Shown here in pieces: positions 18,152 to 27,244 of a stretch of DNA of 39,445 nt (position 1 is its first letter; each line of letters starts with the position of its first letter). The position numbers and the translations under genes are program-made. The notes beneath the pieces were generated by a model. The model saw only the letters and a program-made list of their open reading frames with translations. It ran no database searches and had not been told where the DNA came from. The stretch comes from an archaeon UBA168 (GTDB lineage: Archaea; Thermoproteota; Thermoprotei_A; Marsarchaeales; UBA168): NCBI GenBank assembly GCA_002507085.1, contig DAYW01000010.1, forward strand, positions 47,897 through 87,341, read 5' to 3'.

Positions 18152-18589
18152 CTAAACATTTGCCGCGCGCTCGCTAACGCTCCTCATGAACTTCAGCACG
18201 GAGTAAATCTCGTCACCGCTCTTGTCTTCCAGGAGCCTCCTTATGAAGTCCTCAAGCAGCAAGCTCGATTCCTTAAGAAGCTCCTCTCCTTTGTCGGTTA
18301 TGCTCAAGTTTACGACGCGCCTGTCTTCCTTGCTTCTCGTCCTCACAACCAACCCCCTCTTCTCCAGGGAGTCAATGAGAGGTGTAAGGCCTCCAGGCGA
18401 CATCAGCACCGTCCTCGATGCTTCGGTCATTGTGCAGGTGCCGTTGAGGTGCAAACATCTCAAGACCCTGTACTCCTGAAGCCCAAGTCCAAGCTTGCGA
18501 AGCTCAAAATCGCTGGCCTTCTCTATCCTTTTCCAGGCCTCGACTATCCCATGCCAAAACTCGATCTCTTCAACTGCAGCATTACCCAT
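18152..18589 (-). CDS. MarR family transcriptional regulator
   Basis: wHTH with LEKRGLVVRTRSKEDRRVVNLSITDKG. Confidence 0.92.
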   Translation of the reverse strand: MGNAAVEEIEFWHGIVEAWKRIEKASDFELRKLGLGLQEYRVLRCLHLNGTCTMTEASRTVLMSPGGLTPLIDSLEKRGLVVRTRSKEDRRVVNLSITDKGEELLKESSLLLEDFIRRLLEDKSGDEIYSVLKFMRSVSERAANV

Positions 18590-18744
18590 GACTTTAAATT
18601 GCTCAGCGGCTTTTATGCATTATTAGATCATTAGGATGAACCACGGTGTTCGCAAGCTCTTCCAAATAACTTGGGCTGCTTGTAAGCCCGTCAACCCGTT
18701 CAAAACGAAAACCCATTTACGCGTCCCCGATAGATGCTGAGAAA

Positions 18745-19947
18745 ATGGCGCTTGTTAGCGAGCCCACTTTGGCGGATATCGCAAGGGCCCGGGAAAGGAT
18801 ATCACCCTACGTTCACAAGACGCCTCTCGTTCGCTCCGAGACGTTCAGCGGGATGACCGGAAGCGAGGTCTACCTCAAGCTCGAAAACTTCCAGAAGACA
18901 GGCTCATTCAAGGTAAGGGGGGCGTTAAACAAGCTCATGACAACCGACCGCAGGGACCTCGCAAATGGCGTTATAACCGCTTCCGCGGGAAACCACGCTC
19001 AAGGAGTGGCCTATGCTGCCATGACCTTGGGAGTCAAGGCCACCGTGGTAATGCCCAAATGGGCGAGCGAGGCCAAGGTTAACGCAACCAAGAGCTACGG
19101 CGCGGAAGTGCTGCTCTATGGAGCGAGCTTTGATGAGGCAGCCGAAAAAGCAAAAAACATGAGCGAGCAGCTTGGTATGCTCTACATCCCTGCCTTTGAC
19201 GATGACCAAGTCATAGCCGGGCAGGGGACGATCGGCCTCGAGATCCTGGAGGACGATCCAGACATCGATTACGTTGTGGTGCCGGTAGGCGGTGGAGGGC
19301 TCATATCCGGCATCGCCATAGCCTGCCAGGGAAAAGCTGAGGTGATAGGGGTTGAAAGCGAGGCGTTTCCTTCGATCCACGATTTGCTCATTGGTAAAAC
19401 CCCCTCCTTCGGAAGTACCATAGCTGATGGTATAGCTGTAAAAAACCCAAGTCAAAGGACGCTCACCTACATAAGGGAACACGTGAAGGAAATAAAGCTG
19501 GTCAACGACGATGAGATAGCGAAGGCGGTGTTCTTGCTCATGGAGAGACAAAAGATCATAGCGGAACCCGCGGGAGCGGTCGGGCTCGCGTCTCTGCTCT
19601 CCGGTGATCTGAGGCTAAGCGGTAAGAGGGTCGCGGTGCTCATAAGCGGTGGAAACGTTGACCTGCACCTGCTTTCAAGGATAGTTGACCACGCCCTTTT
19701 GGATATGGGACGCCTTCTGATAATTAACTTCGTGGCGCCCGACAAGCCCGGCGTTCTTTCTATGGCGGTATCGACTATAGCCGATGTGGGCGGGAACATA
19801 ATTCACATACAGCACGAGAGAGAAAGCCGCGATGTGCCCATAGGCTACTCAAAGGTAAAGATCTGGATGGAGGTACCTGACCCATCAGCCAGCCAAGAGA
19901 TAATTAAGAGGCTGAGCCCCACCTTCCCTTCCATAACGAAGGGCTAG
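18745..19947 (+). CDS. ilvA: Threonine ammonia-lyase with C-terminal ACT domain
   Basis: KLENFQKTGSFKVRG (PLP Lys), ASAGNHAQG, GGGGLISG, EPAGA, SGGN, DKPGVL ACT. Confidence 0.94.
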   Translation: MALVSEPTLADIARARERISPYVHKTPLVRSETFSGMTGSEVYLKLENFQKTGSFKVRGALNKLMTTDRRDLANGVITASAGNHAQGVAYAAMTLGVKATVVMPKWASEAKVNATKSYGAEVLLYGASFDEAAEKAKNMSEQLGMLYIPAFDDDQVIAGQGTIGLEILEDDPDIDYVVVPVGGGGLISGIAIACQGKAEVIGVESEAFPSIHDLLIGKTPSFGSTIADGIAVKNPSQRTLTYIREHVKEIKLVNDDEIAKAVFLLMERQKIIAEPAGAVGLASLLSGDLRLSGKRVAVLISGGNVDLHLLSRIVDHALLDMGRLLIINFVAPDKPGVLSMAVSTIADVGGNIIHIQHERESRDVPIGYSKVKIWMEVPDPSASQEIIKRLSPTFPSITKG

Positions 19948-20669
19948 CGAGATCTGAAAACCCACACCGGTTTCTTTCTGGCTGGAAAAGCCACGTTGTA
20001 AACCTGCACCTCCCCTACCTTAACGCTCTCCACGGTACCCTTGTGTATGTGCCCATGCACCCAAGCATCGAAACCGCCTCTCGCTAGCTCCTCTTCAAAT
20101 CCGGGATATCCCATCTCCGGCCACATCTTTTCTCTCTCCCCAATCATAGTAGCTTTTGTAGGAGAGTAATGGCTGAGCACGATCTTAACGTCCGCCTTCG
20201 TGTTTCTCAGCTTTTCTAGAGATTCCCTTGTGGTCCTGATCTGCTCTCTCCTTATGCTCCATATCTCCTTTATGTGAGTGCGCTGCCAGTAGGTTGGCCT
20301 TTCAAGTACTCCCTTGGTCCCAAACACGGCCAGTTTCTCTCCGCCCAAGTCAAATGTCTCCAGCTCATCTATAAGCCAGCGGATCTTGCCCGAAGTGGCG
20401 CGCAAAACGTCGTCAAATGTCTCCTCATACTCCTCGTTACCTTGGCACGCCACCAAAGGACCCCTGTAAAACGACCCAAGGCGATCTAGAAAGTCGCCTA
20501 GCGCGCTGGGGTCTCCCTTGTTAACGACGTCTCCCGCTAAGAGGAGGATCTGCGGCATTGCCTCCTCCGTTTCCTTTTGCATGGCCTCAAGGAACTGATC
20601 GGAAAACCTGGGCACGTGCATATCGGAGCTGGCCAACACCATCAAGGCGCTACACCTCTTGCAACGCAA
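19944..20669 (-). CDS. Calcineurin-like metallophosphoesterase
   Basis: SDMH, AGDV, GNEE, SHY, HGHIH. Confidence 0.9.
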   Translation of the reverse strand: MRCKRCSALMVLASSDMHVPRFSDQFLEAMQKETEEAMPQILLLAGDVVNKGDPSALGDFLDRLGSFYRGPLVACQGNEEYEETFDDVLRATSGKIRWLIDELETFDLGGEKLAVFGTKGVLERPTYWQRTHIKEIWSIRREQIRTTRESLEKLRNTKADVKIVLSHYSPTKATMIGEREKMWPEMGYPGFEEELARGGFDAWVHGHIHKGTVESVKVGEVQVYNVAFPARKKPVWVFRSR

Positions 20670-20687
20670 AGCCCATCAACAAGCGAG

Positions 20688-21725
20688 CTACTCACTCTCG
20701 CCCTTAACTGGAGATGCCTTATAGGCGTGGTCTTGAACCAGCGCATCAGCAAGGGCGCGCACCGCGCAATCGTCATCCCCCCTGGTTCCTATGCTGAGCC
20801 TGGCGAAGCCCGGGGCAAACTGCGGGATCATCAGAGTGAGCGGCAGCTTCGGCATACCCCTAAGGAACTTCATCATGATGAAGTTCGTGGAGCTCTTGTA
20901 AGGCTTAACGCCGTTGAGCCTCAAAAGCTTACCGTAGAGCCTCTCCCTTTCTAGGATAACGTACTCCGCGTTTTTCAGCGCATAAGAGGGGTCCCTCAGC
21001 GCCTCCACGGCAGCGGCCATGCTTGCGCGCGACAGCTCAAACCTAGGCGAGAACCCCTCCACGTTTTTTATGAGCCCGCTTGGAGCCAATAAGAACGAGA
21101 CGCGCATGCCGGCCATGGCAAAGGCTTTGCTCATGGTCCTAAATACCACAAGGTTCTTGACCTCGCTTACAAGGCTTGCAGATGAGTAGCCCGCGTACTC
21201 TGTGTACGCCTCGTCAAGCAACAGGTAACCATCAAAGGAAGAGAGGAGCCTGCCGACGTTTTCCCTTGTGCGCAATACGGGAGAGCCTGTGGGGTTATTG
21301 GGATCATCCACCACCAAGAGCTTGGGTTTTTTCCTCCTGATCATATCTATGAGGGAGTCCAGTTCAAGAGACCACATATCGCCCTTCTCTATGAGCGGCA
21401 CCTTCTCGATCGTGCATCCGAGAGCCCTCAGGATCGGCTCATAAGACGAAAAAGTCGGTTCAAGCAAGAAGACGAGGTCCCCCGGCCTGACCGCTCTTGA
21501 GAATAGCTCGTAAAAGACGTACTCTCCTCCAGAGGCGGCGTGAACGTTTTCGGCGCTCACCCCAGCGTATTTCGCCATAAGCTCTTTGAGAAGCGCGGCG
21601 AGCTCCGATGGAGGATACCTGTTTGCGCGTGAAACCGATTTTCTAGCGGCGTCGAGAACCCTCTTGGGAGGGGGTTGAGGAAACTCGTTATAATAAAGCC
21701 TCAGCTTCGAGGGATCGCATGGCAT
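20688..21725 (-). CDS. HisC/CobD-like class I/II PLP aminotransferase
   Basis: NEFP, PNNPTG, DEAY, RTMSKAFAMAGMR; no his genes nearby, so substrate unassigned. Confidence 0.88.
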   Translation of the reverse strand: MPCDPSKLRLYYNEFPQPPPKRVLDAARKSVSRANRYPPSELAALLKELMAKYAGVSAENVHAASGGEYVFYELFSRAVRPGDLVFLLEPTFSSYEPILRALGCTIEKVPLIEKGDMWSLELDSLIDMIRRKKPKLLVVDDPNNPTGSPVLRTRENVGRLLSSFDGYLLLDEAYTEYAGYSSASLVSEVKNLVVFRTMSKAFAMAGMRVSFLLAPSGLIKNVEGFSPRFELSRASMAAAVEALRDPSYALKNAEYVILERERLYGKLLRLNGVKPYKSSTNFIMMKFLRGMPKLPLTLMIPQFAPGFARLSIGTRGDDDCAVRALADALVQDHAYKASPVKGESE

Positions 21726-21815
21726 TTGGCGTGCATTGAAGTCCGCATATCAGCTTACCGCTGGCTCTTGCCTCTAGCCCTGGCGACTGCCGACTGAGCG
21801 ACTGCCGGCGATCAG

Positions 21816-22925
21816 TCACCTTGTCACCGCTCTGTTAAAGATTGGAACGGCCAAGCCCATCGCAATCACCGCGAACACCAGCATAAACACGAGGGGATTG
21901 ACTATGGCAGCAATTCCCGCGTTCAGCACCATGAGGCGCCTCAAGGCCTCCACCATGTAAGTAAGGGGTATGGCCCAAGCGATATCCTGGAGCCACCACG
22001 GAAGCTGCATTATGGGATAGAGCACCCCGCTTAGGAATATCATGGGAAACTGAAGCATCATCAGTATCATCGTTGCGCTTTCCTGATCCGAGGCTATGGA
22101 GGTTGCGATTATGCCGATTCCAACGAATCCCAGATCGCCGAGGATAAGCACCGCGAGTATGAGCAACGGATTCCCGTATATCTTCACGCCAAAAAAGGCC
22201 ACCACCAGCACAACTATTATCGCAGCCTGTATGAGGCCCCTCACGGTTTGAGCCACAGCCTTACCGGTTATAATAGAGGACCTCGATATGGGAGCTACCA
22301 TGAGGCCATCCATGGTTCCAAGTTCCCTTTCCCTTGAAACGGCCGCGGCAAGCCCTGCCATTCCAGCCATTACGACGGTCAGGCCCACGAAGCCTGGGGC
22401 CATGTACTCAAACTCGCTGGACGGAGCCCAGGGAGCTATGCTTTCGACAAACAGCGGCGAGGGATCGCTCTGCGTGAGCTCGGCTAGTATCTGATCCACA
22501 GACGCCTCAAGCTCTGCGGCCACCTGGGGGTCGGTGTTATCAACTATGAGCACTACGCTGTTTTGCTGAGGAAAAGTCGGGTAAATTACCAGCACGCCGT
22601 AGTCCTGCCCGCTGACCACTGCCTCCTTCGCCTGCTGCACCGATGCAAAGCTCGTTAAGGAAAGCACACCCGACGATTGAGATATATGCTGGAATGAGTC
22701 AACAAAGGCCTGAGCTTGCCCGCCGTTTGCCTCGTCAACTACCGCAAGGGGTATGTGATTTATCTGCCCCGACCCTGGAAACATGAAGCCGAACAGCGCT
22801 ATCAATATGATCGGCATCAGCACAAAGGTGGCAAGCCTCATCTTTGACCTACTGAACTCCAAAAGGTCCTTCTGAGCTATTCTAAGAGAATCCTTAAGCG
22901 TCTTTCCAGCGCTCACCTTTATCAC
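21816..22925 (-). CDS. ABC-2 type exporter permease
   Basis: N-terminal TM, extracellular loop, RERELGTMDGLMVAP, five C-terminal TMs, LSGVLYP...PLTY. Confidence 0.92.
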   Translation of the reverse strand: MIKVSAGKTLKDSLRIAQKDLLEFSRSKMRLATFVLMPIILIALFGFMFPGSGQINHIPLAVVDEANGGQAQAFVDSFQHISQSSGVLSLTSFASVQQAKEAVVSGQDYGVLVIYPTFPQQNSVVLIVDNTDPQVAAELEASVDQILAELTQSDPSPLFVESIAPWAPSSEFEYMAPGFVGLTVVMAGMAGLAAAVSRERELGTMDGLMVAPISRSSIITGKAVAQTVRGLIQAAIIVVLVVAFFGVKIYGNPLLILAVLILGDLGFVGIGIIATSIASDQESATMILMMLQFPMIFLSGVLYPIMQLPWWLQDIAWAIPLTYMVEALRRLMVLNAGIAAIVNPLVFMLVFAVIAMGLAVPIFNRAVTR

Positions 22926-23701
22926 CTCACAACTCTAGCCGAGGCGCTTTGCTTCCCAAGGCTGTCCCTGAGCTGCCTTCCGGTCAGCTTAAGGAAGAGC
23001 TCTTCGAGGTTTTTAACCCCGTTTTCCTCCTCAAGCTTCTTTGGCTCACCTATGGCAAGTATTTTACCGTGGTCTATTATGGCCAGCCTCTCCGATAGCT
23101 CTTCGGCAAGCGCCATCTCATGCGTCGTAAGCACTATGGTTATGTCGGACTCGTGAAGCTGAATTATGAGATCCTTTATGAACCTAACAGTTTGCGGATC
23201 AAGCCCCAACGTCGGCTCGTCCAAGAACAAGACCTTGGGGTTGTGAAGCAGCGCGCGCACCAAGTTCAGCCTCTGCTTCATGCCGGTGGAAAAAGTGCCC
23301 ACCGGCTTATCAGCAAACCTGCTCAGGTTGACCTCTTCCAGAAGCTCGTCTATCCTCTCGTCCAGCCTCTTTCCGCCCAGACCGTAGAGGTTCCCGAAGA
23401 ACCTCAGGTTCTCTCTGGCGGTAAGCCTGTCGTAAACTATGAGCTTATCGGAAACGAGGCCTATGAGCAATCTCACCTTGTCGGGTTCCTTCTTTACGGA
23501 GTGACCGCCCACGTAAGCGTCGCCCTCAGTGGGGCGAAGCAGCGTAGTCAACATCCTCATAGTGGTGCTCTTGCCTGCCCCGTTTGGCCCCAGGAGCCCG
23601 AAGAGCTCGCCGTCTTTTATGCTGAAGCTGATATGGTCGACGGCAACGAATCCGTTAAAAACCTTCGTCAGCCCCTCGACCACAATGCTTCCATCTTCCA
23701 C
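22922..23701 (-). CDS. ABC exporter ATP-binding protein (DrrA-like)
   Basis: GPNGAGKST, FSTGMKQR, LFLDEPT, TTH. Confidence 0.95.
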   Translation of the reverse strand: MEDGSIVVEGLTKVFNGFVAVDHISFSIKDGELFGLLGPNGAGKSTTMRMLTTLLRPTEGDAYVGGHSVKKEPDKVRLLIGLVSDKLIVYDRLTARENLRFFGNLYGLGGKRLDERIDELLEEVNLSRFADKPVGTFSTGMKQRLNLVRALLHNPKVLFLDEPTLGLDPQTVRFIKDLIIQLHESDITIVLTTHEMALAEELSERLAIIDHGKILAIGEPKKLEEENGVKNLEELFLKLTGRQLRDSLGKQSASARVVR

Positions 23702-23706
23702 CTATA

Positions 23707-24972
23707 TCACCCCTTGGCCTGGGCCTTGCCGCGCCTGCTAAGGACCCCTATGAGAATGCCAAGCAAGAATATCACTATTACAAGCAGGGCCAACAGAAGC
23801 GCATTGCTTCCTATCTTCGCGCTTGAAAGGTCGCTGCCTATGGAGTTTATCAAGCTCTGCTTCACGTGAACTTGGATCGGTATATATGACGTGAATGGGG
23901 TCTCCGAGTTGTTCTGGTACCACGTGACCTGGAGCGTGAGGTTATATGTCGTGGGCTTCGCATTAGAAGCCGTGTCTAATTCAAAGCGCACGATGTCCTG
24001 CTGCGCCGGCTTCAGCGAACCGGCGTAATCAGTTGTCACACCCGAGAACTCGTTGGGAGTTATCAGGTTAAACGTGACGTAGTTCGCGGTGTAATTGCCC
24101 GAGTTCTTGAGCGTCACGTAGAGCTTTTGCCCCGAGCCGCCTTGGGTGAGGTTATATCCGGACGTCGATACGACCGAGAAGGAGGCCTTGCCGTACACCA
24201 TGAAGACAACTGGCACGCTTTCGCTGCCTCCTGTCCAGCTTATGAGAATTTTTGCGGTGTAGTTCGAAGGCGACTTAACCGATCCGACGTTGAAGTAGAA
24301 CTGCACTGGAACCTCTGACCCCACGGGCAGAACGCCAATCGCGTGAGCGGTTGAATTGCCCCAAGCGGGTGAGAAGCCTGAGGGCAAGCTCAGGGTGACC
24401 GTGGCGTTCTGGGCAACGGATGTGCCGTCGTTCACTATGTAAGCTTCAAGCTCAACGTCTTGCTCTCCCGGAAACATGGAGGGCGGATTGTACCCAACCC
24501 CAACCACCTTGACCGAAGCATACCCTGTCACGGGCACCGACACGTTAAGATCTTGCGTAAAACCATCGCAACTTATGGTCAATGGGATCACATAAACTCC
24601 GTCGGCGGCATCTGCCTTAATTGAGACGAAGAACGCGCCCAAGGCCTGCCCTCCGGTTTCAACGGTCCCAAGTCTGACGGTCTCATCTCTGGAGTAAACA
24701 AACTTCCCATTGGTGTAGTAGGAGTAGTAGAACGGACCCCAGAGCTTCAGCGTGGCATTTGCATTTGCGGCGACGCCTCCCTCGTTGACAAGCTCAACTA
24801 AAAGCGGAAGGTTGGAGTCACCCGGAGAGGCCACGATGGGCGAGCTCTGAGAGCCCCAGGTGGCTGCCACGACCAGGAAGTCTGGCCTTAGCCCCGCCGT
24901 CTGCGCTGAAGCCGCTGAAAACGCGCCAATCAACAGCAATGCAGACACAAAAACAACGGATAACGCCTTCAC
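23707..24972 (-). CDS. COG1361-like surface/S-layer domain protein
   Basis: Signal peptide, about three Ig/CARDB-like repeats (LVNEG, IVNDG, LKNSG), many N-x-S/T sequons, C-terminal TM anchor and basic tail. Confidence 0.82.
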   Translation of the reverse strand: MKALSVVFVSALLLIGAFSAASAQTAGLRPDFLVVAATWGSQSSPIVASPGDSNLPLLVELVNEGGVAANANATLKLWGPFYYSYYTNGKFVYSRDETVRLGTVETGGQALGAFFVSIKADAADGVYVIPLTISCDGFTQDLNVSVPVTGYASVKVVGVGYNPPSMFPGEQDVELEAYIVNDGTSVAQNATVTLSLPSGFSPAWGNSTAHAIGVLPVGSEVPVQFYFNVGSVKSPSNYTAKILISWTGGSESVPVVFMVYGKASFSVVSTSGYNLTQGGSGQKLYVTLKNSGNYTANYVTFNLITPNEFSGVTTDYAGSLKPAQQDIVRFELDTASNAKPTTYNLTLQVTWYQNNSETPFTSYIPIQVHVKQSLINSIGSDLSSAKIGSNALLLALLVIVIFLLGILIGVLSRRGKAQAKG

Positions 24973-25493
24973 TTTTCATTCACCTCATTAAGCCTATCGT
25001 TTATCCAAATCAGCTGGGAGTCAAGCTCCACCTTGGCCCTCCTTAGAAGGTCGGAAGCCTCGGCGGGCTCCAGGAGCTTGGCGGCATCCTTCAGGAACCT
25101 GAACTGGTTCTGATAGCCGATCAAGGAGAGCTTTACAAGCTGATCCCTTCCCACAAAGTCCTCGAGTATTCCCCTGTAGTTATCCCAGTTCTCAAGAAGG
25201 GACGACAGCTTGTCCTTGACGCCAGCAAGAGCAGCCTTACCGTCTTCGGTTATCTCGTACACATTCCTGCCGTCCTCAGAATATCCCCTAATGAGCCCAT
25301 CCCTCTCCATGCGCTTCAGAAGCGGATAAAGCGCCCCGCTGCTGAAATTCCAAGCTCCCCCCGTCTTCTCCCTTATGGTTTCCATTATTTCATATCCATA
25401 ATACTTCCTTTTAGAGAGAAGGTGAAGCACGTAAAACCTCATCAGTCCGTGCAGAGTTCCGCTGAACTGCTTGGAGGGAAGCTGGGTAGACAT
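24969..25493 (-). CDS. PadR family transcriptional regulator
   Basis: YGYEIME, SSGALYPLLKRMERDGLI, YEITEDG. Confidence 0.93.
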   Translation of the reverse strand: MSTQLPSKQFSGTLHGLMRFYVLHLLSKRKYYGYEIMETIREKTGGAWNFSSGALYPLLKRMERDGLIRGYSEDGRNVYEITEDGKAALAGVKDKLSSLLENWDNYRGILEDFVGRDQLVKLSLIGYQNQFRFLKDAAKLLEPAEASDLLRRAKVELDSQLIWINDRLNEVNEK

Positions 25494-25535
25494 GAGTTCC
25501 TTTAGGCCGGGGCTTTTAAGAATATCGCATCATAC

Positions 25536-25547
25536 ATATCATGATAT
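25536..25547. promoter_or_regulatory. Palindromic putative operator upstream of padR
   Basis: ATATCATGATAT palindrome, further ATATC copies at 25522 and 25546, next to minus-strand TATA-like CTTAAAAG (25513-25520). Confidence 0.45.
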
Positions 25548-25550
25548 ATC

Positions 25551-26987
25551 TTACGCGCTAGCTTCCAATTGGCGCCCGTGAGGCGTAAGCGCTGAGAAGA
25601 CCATGGCAAGAAGGGCCACGCCCATGGAGAATAGAAAAGCCAGGCTCAATCCGTACTCAAATCCTGCCATGTTAAATCCCTGGCCAACTCCGCCTCCGTA
25701 TATCATTATATCCATAAGCTGGTTAAGTGGTGTACGGCTAAGTAGGAACGGGAACGTGGCCGCAAGGCTTAGCATGCTTCCGGTATTCCTGAGCATAGTT
25801 CTTATCCCTGAAGCCATTCCTCTCCTGTTGACCGGAACCGAGCTCATTATGGCGTTTGTGTTCGGAGAGCTGAAGAGGCCGCTTCCAGCGCCCATTATCG
25901 CCATGTAAATGGCCAGCTCCCAGTACGGCACTTTATACGTGATCGTTGAAAGGAGGAACAGGCCGATCGCGCTTATCAACATGCCCACGGTGCTTAGTAT
26001 CCTTGCGCCGTACTTGTCAGAAAGACGGCCGCTGATCGGCCCAAGCGCCAGAAAGCCCAACCCATAAGGTATCATCATGACCCCGGCTGAAAATGGAGAT
26101 TGCCCATAAGGACCTTGCAAGAAGAAGATGAGCAAGAACGTCACGGCACCAGTCGACAGCCCCATGAGCAGGTTTGCGCCGTTGGCCAAGGAAAACACCC
26201 TGTGCTTGAAAAGGGAGAGCTCCATTATGGGATACTGAACCCTCCTTTCGACCATGAAGAAGCCGATAAACATCAAAGCGGAGGCACCGATCATGCCGAT
26301 AACCATGAGAAACGGAAGGCCTGGAAGGGCCACAAAGGTCAGCCCAAGCAGGAGGGCGGTAAGCGCCCCTGCCAAAAGAGCGTTGCCAGCGTAATCGAAG
26401 CCCTGTTCCCTTGTGGGCTCAACGACGTCCCTCAGCCTGAAGTAGGCCCATGGGACCGCAAAGGCCGCAATGGGTATGTTGAAGAAGAATATCCAGCGCC
26501 AGGAAATGGAGGTGAGTATGCCACCTACAACGGGACCTACGGTGAACCCAGTTATGAACGCTATTTGGTTTATGCCCAGTCCAAGGCCAACTTCCCCCTT
26601 CTTAAACGCGTCAGTAACTATGGCGGTGCTGTTAACCATGAGGAAGGCCCCGCCAAGTGCCTGAATTGACCTGAACGCTATGAGCTCGTTGCCCGCCAAA
26701 GATCCCTTTCCAGTCACAAGGCCGCTGAGAAGGGATCCAACGCCGAAAATAGCGAATCCCACGTTGTACATTTTCTTCCTGCCCATTACGTCAGCAAGCT
26801 TGCCCAGCGTAGGGACAAGGCTCACAGTAAGAAGCATGTAGATGAGTATTATCCAGAGGGCGTAGAAAAAGTTAAGGTCAAGCTCCCTCATCATGCTTGG
26901 AAGCGCTATGAGAAGGGCCGAGCTCTGAATGCTGCTAAGAAGAGCTCCAACCGTGGTTACAGATAACGCTGTCCACTTGTACTCCAA
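25551..26987 (-). CDS. MFS transporter, DHA2 (14-TM) family
   Basis: GKLADVMGRKK, RSIQALGG, GPVVGG, WRWIFFFNIP, GRLSDKYGAR. Confidence 0.93.
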   Translation of the reverse strand: MEYKWTALSVTTVGALLSSIQSSALLIALPSMMRELDLNFFYALWIILIYMLLTVSLVPTLGKLADVMGRKKMYNVGFAIFGVGSLLSGLVTGKGSLAGNELIAFRSIQALGGAFLMVNSTAIVTDAFKKGEVGLGLGINQIAFITGFTVGPVVGGILTSISWRWIFFFNIPIAAFAVPWAYFRLRDVVEPTREQGFDYAGNALLAGALTALLLGLTFVALPGLPFLMVIGMIGASALMFIGFFMVERRVQYPIMELSLFKHRVFSLANGANLLMGLSTGAVTFLLIFFLQGPYGQSPFSAGVMMIPYGLGFLALGPISGRLSDKYGARILSTVGMLISAIGLFLLSTITYKVPYWELAIYMAIMGAGSGLFSSPNTNAIMSSVPVNRRGMASGIRTMLRNTGSMLSLAATFPFLLSRTPLNQLMDIMIYGGGVGQGFNMAGFEYGLSLAFLFSMGVALLAMVFSALTPHGRQLEASA

Positions 26988-27244
26988 GCAGGATCAAGAT
27001 CCTGAAAATCTCTTCTTTTAACTTTATCGGCGATTGGAGCAAGAAAACCGTTTCACTGAGGAAAAAAGCGCGGAAGTCCTCTCTGTATTGTTTTTAGGGG
27101 ATAAACTGACAGGTCAGTGCGGCCGAACTCCTGTTGAGATCGCGCCTCCACAGCGTTGATCGGACGGCAACTGGGGATGAGCCTCAGCTGCGCCACGAGA
27201 GCCCGAGCGCAATCGCTGGAGAGAGGCTGAAAATGCGAAGCAAC

